DNA of 64,000 nucleotides from an uncultured Bacillota bacterium (GTDB lineage Bacteria; Bacillota; Clostridia; Lachnospirales; CAG-274): NCBI GenBank assembly GCA_958426775.1, contig CATZZP010000001.1, positions 38,299 to 102,298 of the forward strand, read 5' to 3'. Shown piece by piece: positions 56,352 to 64,000 of this stretch (position 1 is its first letter; each line of letters starts with the position of its first letter). The notes under the pieces were generated by a model. It saw only the letters and a program-made list of their open reading frames with translations, ran no database searches and was not told where the DNA came from. The position numbers and the translations under genes were made by a program.

Positions 56352-58325
56352 ATGGAGGTTATACTTGCTAAAAGTGCAGGCTTTTGCTTTGGTGTAAAAA
56401 AGGCTGTAGAATGTGCGTATGAAAAGACGGACAGCGGTAAAATATATACTTACGGTCCTATTATACACAACAAAAAGGTAACAGATGACTTGGAAAGCCA
56501 TGGCGTAAGGGTGATAGAAAGCCTTGATGAAGCAACAGAGGGTGAGGTTATAATTCGTTCCCATGGTGTTCCGCCTCTTATTTATGAGGAGTTGGAACGA
56601 AAAAACATACCTTATACGGACTGTACCTGTCCTTTTGTAAAAAAAATTCACAAAATTGTAAAAAAAAGCTTTTATGATGAGCAAAGAAGTATTATAATAA
56701 TAGGTAACGGTGTTCACCCTGAGGTTGTGGGAATTAACGGCTGGTGTAATAACACAGCGGTAATTATCAACTCTGTTGAGGAGGCAAAGGCGGTTGCCCC
56801 TACTCTGGACAAGTCAAAAAAGTGGGCATTGGTTGTACAAACTACCTTTCAGATTGATGTATTTAACCAAATACTGGATATTTTAGGCAATGACTTTGCT
56901 GACCTTGAGTTATATAACACCATTTGCAATGCCACCTCCGAAAGACAAAAGGAGGCAGTTGAAATTGCAAAAGCTGTTGACTATATGATAATTTTAGGGG
57001 ATAATAAAAGCTCAAACACCCGAAAATTGTTTGAAATCAGTAAAAAATATTGTAAAAATACATTTTTATGTGAAACAATTAAAGATTTACAGTTGAATAT
57101 TTCTCAAAAAAATGTTAAAATTGGTATAACTGCCGGTGCGTCTACTCCATCGGTGATAATAAAGGAGGCTGTTAATGCTATGAGTGAAACAAACAAAGAT
57201 TTTATGGAGATGGTTGATGCAACCATGAAACCCTTACATAGTGGTGAGGTAGTAGTGGGTAAGGTCATCAGCATAAGTGATACAGGAGTGGTAAATGTTG
57301 ACCTTGGCTATAAGTCAGACGGTACAATTGCCAGAGCCGAATTCTCCGAGGATCCCAATGTAAACCCTGCCGATGTGGTAAAACCCGGTGATGAAGTTAA
57401 GGTATACGTAATCAGAGTAAATGACGGTGAGGGTAACGTTCAGCTTTCAAAGAAGAAGGTTGACGCTGTTAAGGGCTACGATGAAATCGAGGCTGCTTAT
57501 AATGAAAAGAAAACCGTAACAGGTAAGGTGACTGAAACCGTTAAGGGCGGTCTTATGGCTCTTGTAAACGGTATTAAGGTGTTTGTGCCATCATCACAGA
57601 TTTCTAACCGTTACGTTGAGGATTTAACAAGCTTTATCGGTAACGAGTATGAGTTTGAAATTCTTGAATATAGTACAGAAAAGGCAAGACCACGTGTGGT
57701 TGTAGGCCGTAAGGCTCTTGCTCAGAAGGAAATTGATGAAAAGAAGAAACAGGTATTTGACACTATCAACGTTGGCGACAAGATTAACGGTACAGTAAGC
57801 CGTATCGTTGAGTTTGGTGCTTTTGTTGACCTTGGCGGTGTTGACGGTCTTATCCATATTTCAGAAATGAGCTGGGGCAGAATTAAGAAGGTTACAGACG
57901 TTCTTAAGGAGGGTCAGGCTGTTACTGTTACAGTACTTGGCGTTGATCCTGAAAAGGGCAAGATTTCTCTTTCTCTTAAGGATGCTGATTCCGACCCATG
58001 GAAGGATGCAGAAACTAAGTATGCTAAGGGCAACCTTGTAACAGGTAAGGTTGTAAGAATGACAAGCTTCGGTGCATTCGTTGAGCTTGAAGAGGGTGTT
58101 GACGGTCTTGTTCACATTTCTCAGATTTCCAACACACGTGTTGAAAAGCCGGAGGACGAGCTTTCAATCGGTCAGGAAATTACAGCTAAGGTAACAGAGC
58201 TTGACTTAGAGAATAAGAAAATCAGCCTTAGTATAAAGGAAACTCTCCCAAAGGAGGAGGCTCCTAAGGCGGAGGAAGCAGAGGCTGAAGAGGCTACAGA
58301 GCCAGAAGAGAATACAGAAGAATAA
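56352..58325 (+). CDS. ispH: Bifunctional 4-hydroxy-3-methylbut-2-enyl diphosphate reductase (IspH/LytB) / ribosomal protein S1-domain protein
   Basis: 657 aa; N-terminal about 280 aa IspH ([20 protein letters not shown]...), then four S1 domains (GEVVVGKV..., [10 protein letters not shown]..., [17 protein letters not shown]..., [15 protein letters not shown]...) and an acidic tail. The cmk-rpsA neighbourhood is conserved. Confidence 0.85.
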   Translation: MEVILAKSAGFCFGVKKAVECAYEKTDSGKIYTYGPIIHNKKVTDDLESHGVRVIESLDEATEGEVIIRSHGVPPLIYEELERKNIPYTDCTCPFVKKIHKIVKKSFYDEQRSIIIIGNGVHPEVVGINGWCNNTAVIINSVEEAKAVAPTLDKSKKWALVVQTTFQIDVFNQILDILGNDFADLELYNTICNATSERQKEAVEIAKAVDYMIILGDNKSSNTRKLFEISKKYCKNTFLCETIKDLQLNISQKNVKIGITAGASTPSVIIKEAVNAMSETNKDFMEMVDATMKPLHSGEVVVGKVISISDTGVVNVDLGYKSDGTIARAEFSEDPNVNPADVVKPGDEVKVYVIRVNDGEGNVQLSKKKVDAVKGYDEIEAAYNEKKTVTGKVTETVKGGLMALVNGIKVFVPSSQISNRYVEDLTSFIGNEYEFEILEYSTEKARPRVVVGRKALAQKEIDEKKKQVFDTINVGDKINGTVSRIVEFGAFVDLGGVDGLIHISEMSWGRIKKVTDVLKEGQAVTVTVLGVDPEKGKISLSLKDADSDPWKDAETKYAKGNLVTGKVVRMTSFGAFVELEEGVDGLVHISQISNTRVEKPEDELSIGQEITAKVTELDLENKKISLSIKETLPKEEAPKAEEAEAEEATEPEENTEE

Positions 58326-58342
58326 TATTACCCTTAAACCAA

Positions 58343-58378
58343 CGGACAGGCAACGCAAAGCCGTTGCCTGTCTTTTTA
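58343..58378 (+). terminator. Rho-independent terminator after ispH-rpsA
   Basis: GACAGGCAACG-CAAAG-CCGTTGCCTGTC followed by TTTTT. Confidence 0.7.
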
Positions 58379-58402
58379 AATATTAATACGGAGGAATTAA
58401 TT

Positions 58403-59575
58403 ATGAAGTTAAAAAGAGTTTTAGCATATGCTCTTGCAAGCGTTATGATGCTTTCTTTTGCAGGCTGTGCAGCTGACACAACCGAAAACGGCAGCACAGA
58501 TACACAGGGTACAGACACAGCAGCAACAGACAGTGCCGACAAGGTATTTAAGGTAGGCGGTATCGGACCCCTTACAGGTGATGCGGCAAGCTACGGCAAT
58601 TCAGTTAAGAACGGTGCTCAGATTGCTATTGATGAAATTAACGAGGCAGGCGGTGTCGCAGGCTATAAGTTTGAGCTTCTTTTTGAGGATGACGAGTGTG
58701 ATGAAGAAAAGTCCATTAACGCTTACAACAAGCTTATGGATCAGGGAGTAAACGCAATTTTAGGCTGTGTTACAAGCGGCTGCTGTATAGCGGTTGTTGA
58801 GGAGGCACAGGCTGACGGTATTCTTCAGATTACACCAAGCGGTTCTGCACAGGATTGTACAAAGTATCCAAACAATTTCAGAATTTGCTTTACCGATCCT
58901 CTTCAGGGTCAGGTAATGGCACAGTATATTAAGGACCAGGGCTTTACAAAACCTGCTGTTATCTATAACGTAGGTGACGAGTACAGCAAGGGTATCCACG
59001 ATGCTTTCGTTGTTAAGGCTGAAGAGCTTGGTATGACTATTGCTGCTGATGAGTCTTTTAACACAGGTGATGTTGATTTTAAGGCACAGCTTACTAAGAT
59101 TAAGTCCTCTGACGCAGATTGTCTTTTCTTACCTTTCTACTATACAGAGGTTGCTTATGTAACAGAGCAGGCTCCTACAGTAGGGGTTGATTTACCATAC
59201 TTTGGTTGTGACGGTTGGGACGGCGTTATTAAGCAGCTTAACGGCGACACAACAAACATTGACGGTGCGACCTTCCTTACACCTTTCGTAGCTACCTCAG
59301 AGAAGGAAAATGTTAAGTCTTTCGTAGCTAAGTACGAGGAGCAGTTCGGTGCAACTCCTGACCAGTTCGCAGCAGACGGTTATGACGGTGTTTATGCTAT
59401 GAAGGCAGCTCTTGAAAAGACAGCAGGCGATACATCTAACGAGGCTCTTATAGCAGCTATGACAGAGATTGAGGTTGACGGTCTTACAGGTCATATGACC
59501 TTTGATGAAAACGGCGAGCCACAGAAAGAGGCAGTTGTTGCAACTATCAAAGACGGTCAGTATATTGCTGAATAA
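58403..59575 (+). CDS. Branched-chain amino acid ABC transporter substrate-binding lipoprotein (LivJ/LivK family)
   Basis: Lipobox LSFAGC. Type-I periplasmic binding fold (GGIGPLTGDAASYG ... GVNAILGCVTSG ...). ATG 58403 follows GGAGGAA. Followed by permease and ATPase genes. Confidence 0.8.
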   Translation: MKLKRVLAYALASVMMLSFAGCAADTTENGSTDTQGTDTAATDSADKVFKVGGIGPLTGDAASYGNSVKNGAQIAIDEINEAGGVAGYKFELLFEDDECDEEKSINAYNKLMDQGVNAILGCVTSGCCIAVVEEAQADGILQITPSGSAQDCTKYPNNFRICFTDPLQGQVMAQYIKDQGFTKPAVIYNVGDEYSKGIHDAFVVKAEELGMTIAADESFNTGDVDFKAQLTKIKSSDADCLFLPFYYTEVAYVTEQAPTVGVDLPYFGCDGWDGVIKQLNGDTTNIDGATFLTPFVATSEKENVKSFVAKYEEQFGATPDQFAADGYDGVYAMKAALEKTAGDTSNEALIAAMTEIEVDGLTGHMTFDENGEPQKEAVVATIKDGQYIAE

Positions 59576-59677
59576 TAAATTTTAACAGGTTAGTTTTGCT
59601 AAAGCATTGGGGAAGCTCCTCAATGCTTTAGTAGGTTAAAGACGAAAAAAATTAAACTACTATTTGGAGTTGGATTT

Positions 59678-60553
59678 ATGGTACTTATTGAACAATTCAT
59701 AAACGGTCTTAATCTAGGCAGTATATATGCTCTTATGGCTCTTGGCTATACAATGGTTTACGGTATAGCTAAAATGCTTAATTTTGCACATGGTGATATT
59801 ATTATGGTAGGTGCTTATGCTCTTTCCGTAGCAACTACTAATTTAGGGCTTCCGCCGATTATGTCTATACTGCTTAGTATGGTGGTTTGTACTGTTTTGG
59901 GTGTTTCTATTGAAAAAATTGCCTATAAGCCCCTTAGAGGAGCATCTCCTCTTACAGTGCTTATTACAGCTATAGGCGTAAGCTATCTTTTACAAAGTGT
60001 TGCCCTTTTGATATTTGGCTCAAACTCACGTAAGGTTGAGTCTGTAATTAATATGGAGGCAGTGAAAATAGGCGGTATTGTGCTTACAGGCGAGTCTGTA
60101 GTTACACTTACCGTTACCTTTATTATAATGTTCTGCCTTATGCTTTTTATTAACAGAACTAAAATGGGTAAGGCTATGCTTGCGGTTTCTGAGGACAGAG
60201 GTGCGGCAGAGCTTATGGGTATTAATGTAAATAATACTATTTCAATTACCTTTGCAATAGGCTCATTCTTAGCGGCTGTTGCAGGTGCTCTTTTTGTAAG
60301 CTCATATGGCTTTGTGGACCCTTATACAGGCTCCTTACCGGGTATTAAGGCATTCGTTGCCGCTGTTTTAGGCGGTATCGGCAGTATCCCCGGTGCTATG
60401 CTTGGCGGTATTCTCCTTGGCATAATCGAAAGTATGTCAAAGGCTTACATATCAACAGAGCTTTCTGATGCCGTTGTATTCGGCGTACTGGTGCTGGTGC
60501 TTTTAGTTAAACCTACCGGCTTACTTGGTAAGCAGAAAATTACAAAGGTCTGA
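59678..60553 (+). CDS. livH: Branched-chain amino acid ABC transporter permease
   Basis: 291 aa, about 8 TM helices, LivH-type permease. Confidence 0.8.
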   Translation: MVLIEQFINGLNLGSIYALMALGYTMVYGIAKMLNFAHGDIIMVGAYALSVATTNLGLPPIMSILLSMVVCTVLGVSIEKIAYKPLRGASPLTVLITAIGVSYLLQSVALLIFGSNSRKVESVINMEAVKIGGIVLTGESVVTLTVTFIIMFCLMLFINRTKMGKAMLAVSEDRGAAELMGINVNNTISITFAIGSFLAAVAGALFVSSYGFVDPYTGSLPGIKAFVAAVLGGIGSIPGAMLGGILLGIIESMSKAYISTELSDAVVFGVLVLVLLVKPTGLLGKQKITKV

Positions 60554-60564
60554 GAGGTGCTGAT

Positions 60565-61527
60565 ATGAAAAAAATTAGTAAGAAAACAATTTTGTGGCTT
60601 ATTGTCGCTTTAATTATATATTTAGTTATCTTTTACCTTACCTCGGCAGGGCTTATGTCAAGGCAGTTTTCAAGGCTCCTTATCCCTGTAGGTATTAATA
60701 TTATACTTGCAGTTTCTCTTAACCTTACGGTGGGCTTTTTAGGAGAGCTTACCTTAGGTCACGCAGGCTTTATGTCAGTGGGTGCTTATGCAGGCTGTAT
60801 GTTTACGGTTTTTATGGACCTGCCTGTGTACATAGAGTTCCCTCTTGCCCTGATTATAGGTGGCTTAACTGCGGCTGTTTTCGGTATAATAATCGGTATT
60901 CCTGCTTTAAGACTTAAGGGTGACTACCTTGCTATTGTTACCCTTGCCTTTGGTGAAATTATAAAGTCTGTCATTACTAATATGGATATTACAGGTGGTG
61001 CAGGCGGTCTTAAGGGTATTGAAAAAACTACAAACTTTACAATTACCTTTGTAGGTGTTCTTATAACAATTATAGTTATATCAAACCTTATAAAATCACG
61101 TCACGGACGTGCTATCTGTGCAATAAGAGATAACGTTATTGCGGCAGAGGCGGCAGGTATCAATGTGGTTTATTACAAGCTTCTTGCCTTTGTTGTAGCA
61201 GCCTTCTTCGCAGGTGCCGCAGGTGTTCTTTACGGTCACAACTTAGGTATCCTTAAGCCGGCTACCTTTGACTTTAACAAGTCAATTGAGATACTTGTTA
61301 TTGTTGTACTTGGCGGTATGGGCAGTATTACAGGCTCTGTTATAGCGGCTGTTGTAATTACCGTTCTTCCTGAGCTGCTTCGCGGTCTTGAGGATTATCG
61401 TATGCTTATGTACGCTATCGTACTTATTGCTATGATGCTTTTCAACTCTAACCCTAAAATGGTTGCACTTAAGAATAAGCTTGTTGCACCATTCCATAAG
61501 AAAAAAACAGTAAAGGAGGCAGAGTGA
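60565..61527 (+). CDS. livM: Branched-chain amino acid ABC transporter permease
   Basis: 320 aa, LivM-type permease, adjacent to livH. Confidence 0.8.
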   Translation: MKKISKKTILWLIVALIIYLVIFYLTSAGLMSRQFSRLLIPVGINIILAVSLNLTVGFLGELTLGHAGFMSVGAYAGCMFTVFMDLPVYIEFPLALIIGGLTAAVFGIIIGIPALRLKGDYLAIVTLAFGEIIKSVITNMDITGGAGGLKGIEKTTNFTITFVGVLITIIVISNLIKSRHGRAICAIRDNVIAAEAAGINVVYYKLLAFVVAAFFAGAAGVLYGHNLGILKPATFDFNKSIEILVIVVLGGMGSITGSVIAAVVITVLPELLRGLEDYRMLMYAIVLIAMMLFNSNPKMVALKNKLVAPFHKKKTVKEAE

Positions 61528-61528
61528 T

Positions 61529-62287
61529 ATGGCTCTTTTAGAGGTAGATAATTTAGGTATATCATTTGGCGGCCTCCGTGCTGTAGACGGCTTCAGCCTT
61601 GAAATGGAGCAGGGTCAGCTCTACGGTCTTATAGGTCCTAACGGTGCAGGTAAAACCACAGTATTTAATCTGCTTACAGGTGTGTACAAGCCTACAGACG
61701 GTACACTTAAATTTGACGGCAAGGATATGACGGGTAAAAGCCCTATTGAAATAAATAAGGCGGGTATAGCAAGAACCTTCCAGAACATTCGTCTTTTCGG
61801 CGATATGTCGGTAATTGACAATGTTAAGGTGGGTTTACATAACAGAAAAAGCTACGGCGTAATGTCAGGCATATTTAAAATGCCAAGCTACTATAAGCAG
61901 GAGCAGGAAATGCAGGATATGGCTATGGAGCTTTTAAAGGTCTTTGACCTTGACAAGGAGGCAAGCTTTAAGTCCTCTAACCTGCCTTACGGTAAACAGC
62001 GTAAGCTCGAGATAGCAAGAGCTCTTGCAACAAACCCTAAGCTTTTGCTTTTAGACGAGCCTGCGGCGGGTATGAACCCCAATGAAACAGCAGAGCTTAT
62101 GGAAACAATAGCTCTTATCAGAGAAAAATTTAACTCCTCAATTTTGCTGATTGAGCATGATATGGCCCTTGTTATGGGTATATGTGAGCAGATTGTAGTA
62201 CTTGAATACGGCTCAATAATAGCAAAGGGTAATGCCGATGAGGTTAAATCAAACCCACGAGTTATAGCGGCATATCTTGGCGAATAG
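61529..62287 (+). CDS. livG: Branched-chain amino acid ABC transporter ATP-binding protein
   Basis: Walker A GPNGAGKTT, ABC signature, Walker B LLLLDEPAAGMNP, LivG-type C-terminus. Confidence 0.85.
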   Translation: MALLEVDNLGISFGGLRAVDGFSLEMEQGQLYGLIGPNGAGKTTVFNLLTGVYKPTDGTLKFDGKDMTGKSPIEINKAGIARTFQNIRLFGDMSVIDNVKVGLHNRKSYGVMSGIFKMPSYYKQEQEMQDMAMELLKVFDLDKEASFKSSNLPYGKQRKLEIARALATNPKLLLLDEPAAGMNPNETAELMETIALIREKFNSSILLIEHDMALVMGICEQIVVLEYGSIIAKGNADEVKSNPRVIAAYLGE

Positions 62288-62291
62288 GAGG

Positions 62292-63005
62292 ATGAAGCAG
62301 TTGTTAAAGGTAGAAAATCTAAATGTACACTATGGTGCTATCCATGCTATAAAGGGTATAAGCTTTCAGGTAGAGCAGGGAGAAATTGTTTCGCTTATAG
62401 GTGCAAACGGTGCAGGTAAAACAACAACCCTTCATAGCGTATCAGGTCTTATTAAGGCTACAAGCGGTAATGTTACCTTTATGGATAAAAACTTAAAGGG
62501 ACTGACTGCCGATAAGGTTATGCGACTTGGCTTAGGTCATGTACCTGAGGGCAGAAGAGTATTTCAGGACCTTTCCGTACAGGAAAATCTTGAGCTTGGT
62601 GCATTTTCCATTAAGGATAAGGACTTTATACAGAAGGAATACAAAAGGGTAATGGAGCTTTTCCCACGTCTGGGGGAGAGAAAGAAACAGCTTGCAGGTA
62701 CTCTTTCAGGCGGTGAACAGCAGATGCTTGCAATAGGCAGAGCTTTAATGGGTCGCCCTAAAATGCTCCTTATGGACGAGCCTTCAATGGGACTTGCTCC
62801 TATACTTGTAAAGGAAATTTTTGAAATTATTAAGGAATGTAATAAAGATGGGGTTACTATTTTGCTTGTAGAGCAAAATGCAAATATGGCATTATCCATA
62901 TCTGACAGAGCTTATGTACTTGAAACAGGTAAAATTGTCAAGAGTGATACGGCACAGAAGCTTATGGGTGATGAAAGTGTTAAAAAGGCTTATTTAGGTG
63001 GCTGA
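62292..63005 (+). CDS. livF: Branched-chain amino acid ABC transporter ATP-binding protein
   Basis: Walker A GANGAGKTT, LSGGEQQ signature, Walker B LLMDEP. Start ATG 62292 follows TAGGAGG; the track start 62277 is a TTG overlapping livG. Confidence 0.85.
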   Translation: MKQLLKVENLNVHYGAIHAIKGISFQVEQGEIVSLIGANGAGKTTTLHSVSGLIKATSGNVTFMDKNLKGLTADKVMRLGLGHVPEGRRVFQDLSVQENLELGAFSIKDKDFIQKEYKRVMELFPRLGERKKQLAGTLSGGEQQMLAIGRALMGRPKMLLMDEPSMGLAPILVKEIFEIIKECNKDGVTILLVEQNANMALSISDRAYVLETGKIVKSDTAQKLMGDESVKKAYLGG

Positions 63006-63037
63006 TTTAATAAAAAATTCTATTATGCTTTAATCAG

Positions 63038-63078
63038 GTTATCCGTCAATATTTTTTTGACGGATAACTTTGTTTATA
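63038..63078 (+). terminator. Rho-independent terminator after liv operon
   Basis: GTTATCCGTCAA-TATTTTTTT-GACGGATAAC followed by TTTGTTTAT. Confidence 0.6.
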
Positions 63079-63255
63079 TTATAAAAATTTAATGTATTAT
63101 TTTTAATAAAGTTGTATTTTTTATTTGACGAAATATAATTAAAGTGATATTATTAACTTAGGATATTTTGATACAAATTTGTGTCATGTAAAACAGACAT
63201 CGGTAGGGGTTATTGGATGTGCTGTATTTAAAGATAGGAATAGGTGGTGGTATTT

Positions 63256-64000
63256 ATGTTGGAAACAACAAAAGCGTTGTTGTTACTTGCCAAGGTTGGC
63301 GATAGTGAAAAGGTGCTTGGGATAGCAAAATCATATGTAGCCGATATGTTAAGTGCTTACCATAATGTAGAAGAATATGCACTTATGAAGGATGGCACAG
63401 TTACACCCTTTGCACATATTGATGAATTTAAGGCACTTAGGGCTAATGTGGCAAAAATTGAGTCTGCAACAAAGGTAATTGATGAGTTTTTTATGATTGA
63501 GGATGATATCCGTAAGCTTAGAGATTATGCTAATATGGGTATGCTTGTATTCTATGAAGAACCTGTTGAAGAGGTAAGAGAGGTTAAGGTGGAGGCACCT
63601 AAGCCTGAGCCAAAACCTGAACCTAAGCCCGAGCCAAAGCCTGAACCTAAGGTGGAGTCTAAGCCTGAGCCAAAGGCGGAGGCACCTAAGCCAAAGGCAG
63701 AGACACCTAAGGCTGAGCCTAAGGCAGAAGAACCAAAGGCTGAGGCAGAAACCAAGAAAAGCGAGTTTGTGGGTATTACTAAGATTGATACCGAGGATAG
63801 CGTAAAGGCTATGGTAGGTTATGCTTACGGTGATGCTTATGAAAATCCTTATGAAACCGTTTATGAGGATGATATTATTCCCGAGAACTCCGTACCTACA
63901 GCAATAAGACTTTTTGACGGTTCACCTAAAACAGCAGATGTTGATGTTTTAGGCGAGGCTAAAATGGTCATTGATGAGGGTAAGAATTATATTTATACAG
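63256..64000 (+). CDS. Hypothetical protein with Pro-Glu-Pro-Lys (PEPK) tandem-repeat linker; 3' end beyond window
   Basis: ATG 63256 follows GGTGGTGG; the open frame runs to the window end. Translation MLETTKALLLLAKVGD...VEAPKPEPKPEPKPEPKPEPKVESKPEPKAEAPKPKAETPKAEPK...YAYGDAYENPYETVYEDD... The repeat is encoded by a 12-nt periodic cctgagccaaaa/cctgaacctaag motif at about 63598-63720. Confidence 0.5.
   Translation, partial: MLETTKALLLLAKVGDSEKVLGIAKSYVADMLSAYHNVEEYALMKDGTVTPFAHIDEFKALRANVAKIESATKVIDEFFMIEDDIRKLRDYANMGMLVFYEEPVEEVREVKVEAPKPEPKPEPKPEPKPEPKVESKPEPKAEAPKPKAETPKAEPKAEEPKAEAETKKSEFVGITKIDTEDSVKAMVGYAYGDAYENPYETVYEDDIIPENSVPTAIRLFDGSPKTADVDVLGEAKMVIDEGKNYIYT

Noticed and set aside
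56100-56717. 205-aa minus-strand ORF
   Set aside because: It is antisense across the cmk / ispH junction, with no SD and a phenylalanine/tyrosine-rich nonsense composition; spurious.
63552-63755. 67-aa minus-strand ORF (GSG-rich)
   Set aside because: It is the reverse-complement reading of the PEPK DNA repeat, a low-complexity artefact.

Overview
This 64 kb window is a low-GC Firmicutes (Clostridia) chromosomal segment, most likely Oscillospiraceae / Ruminococcus-like. Supporting signs are a dockerin-bearing LRR protein, a GerMN protein, a SpoVB-like flippase and an IspH-S1 fusion. Most of the window is densely packed housekeeping genes on the + strand: panE; rimM-trmD; a pyrimidine operon pyrB-pyrC-pyrF-carA-carB; rpmG-secE-nusG-rplK-rplA; rpsF-ssb-rpsR; glgB; uvrC; a comEA ... 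comEC-holA competence locus interrupted by an OmpR-type two-component system plus a GerMN protein; ppdK; pheST behind a T-box leader; an aroH-cmk fusion followed by an ispH-rpsA fusion; and a livJHMGF-type branched-chain amino-acid ABC transporter. No rRNA or tRNA genes, transposases or cas genes were recognised. Several parts are not housekeeping and deserve a second look. (1) A tandem array of four paralogous secreted proteins, one of them frameshifted, sits between panE and rimM; the N-termini are near-identical at the nucleotide level and the acidic C-terminal domains diverge. (2) An intergenic array at about 21.03-21.28 kb holds four copies of a G-rich palindromic repeat separated by covarying GC hairpins; it lies upstream of a membrane GGDEF(degenerate)-EAL gene whose promoter also carries a perfect 11-bp palindrome. 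(3) A BrxR/CapW-like WYL regulator is paired with an HTH-Fic (class II, auto-inhibited) gene. (4) An AroH chorismate mutase is fused to cytidylate kinase. (5) A Nif11-like peptide with a Gly-Gly motif lies between rplA and rpsF. (6) The L1-binding mRNA motif is present upstream of both rplK and rplA. (7) A 20-bp perfect inverted repeat follows rpsR. (8) A possible leader-peptide and operator arrangement precedes the pyr operon. Coordinates were hand-counted from the printed sequence; start codons were re-evaluated against Shine-Dalgarno spacing and often differ from the raw ORF track.
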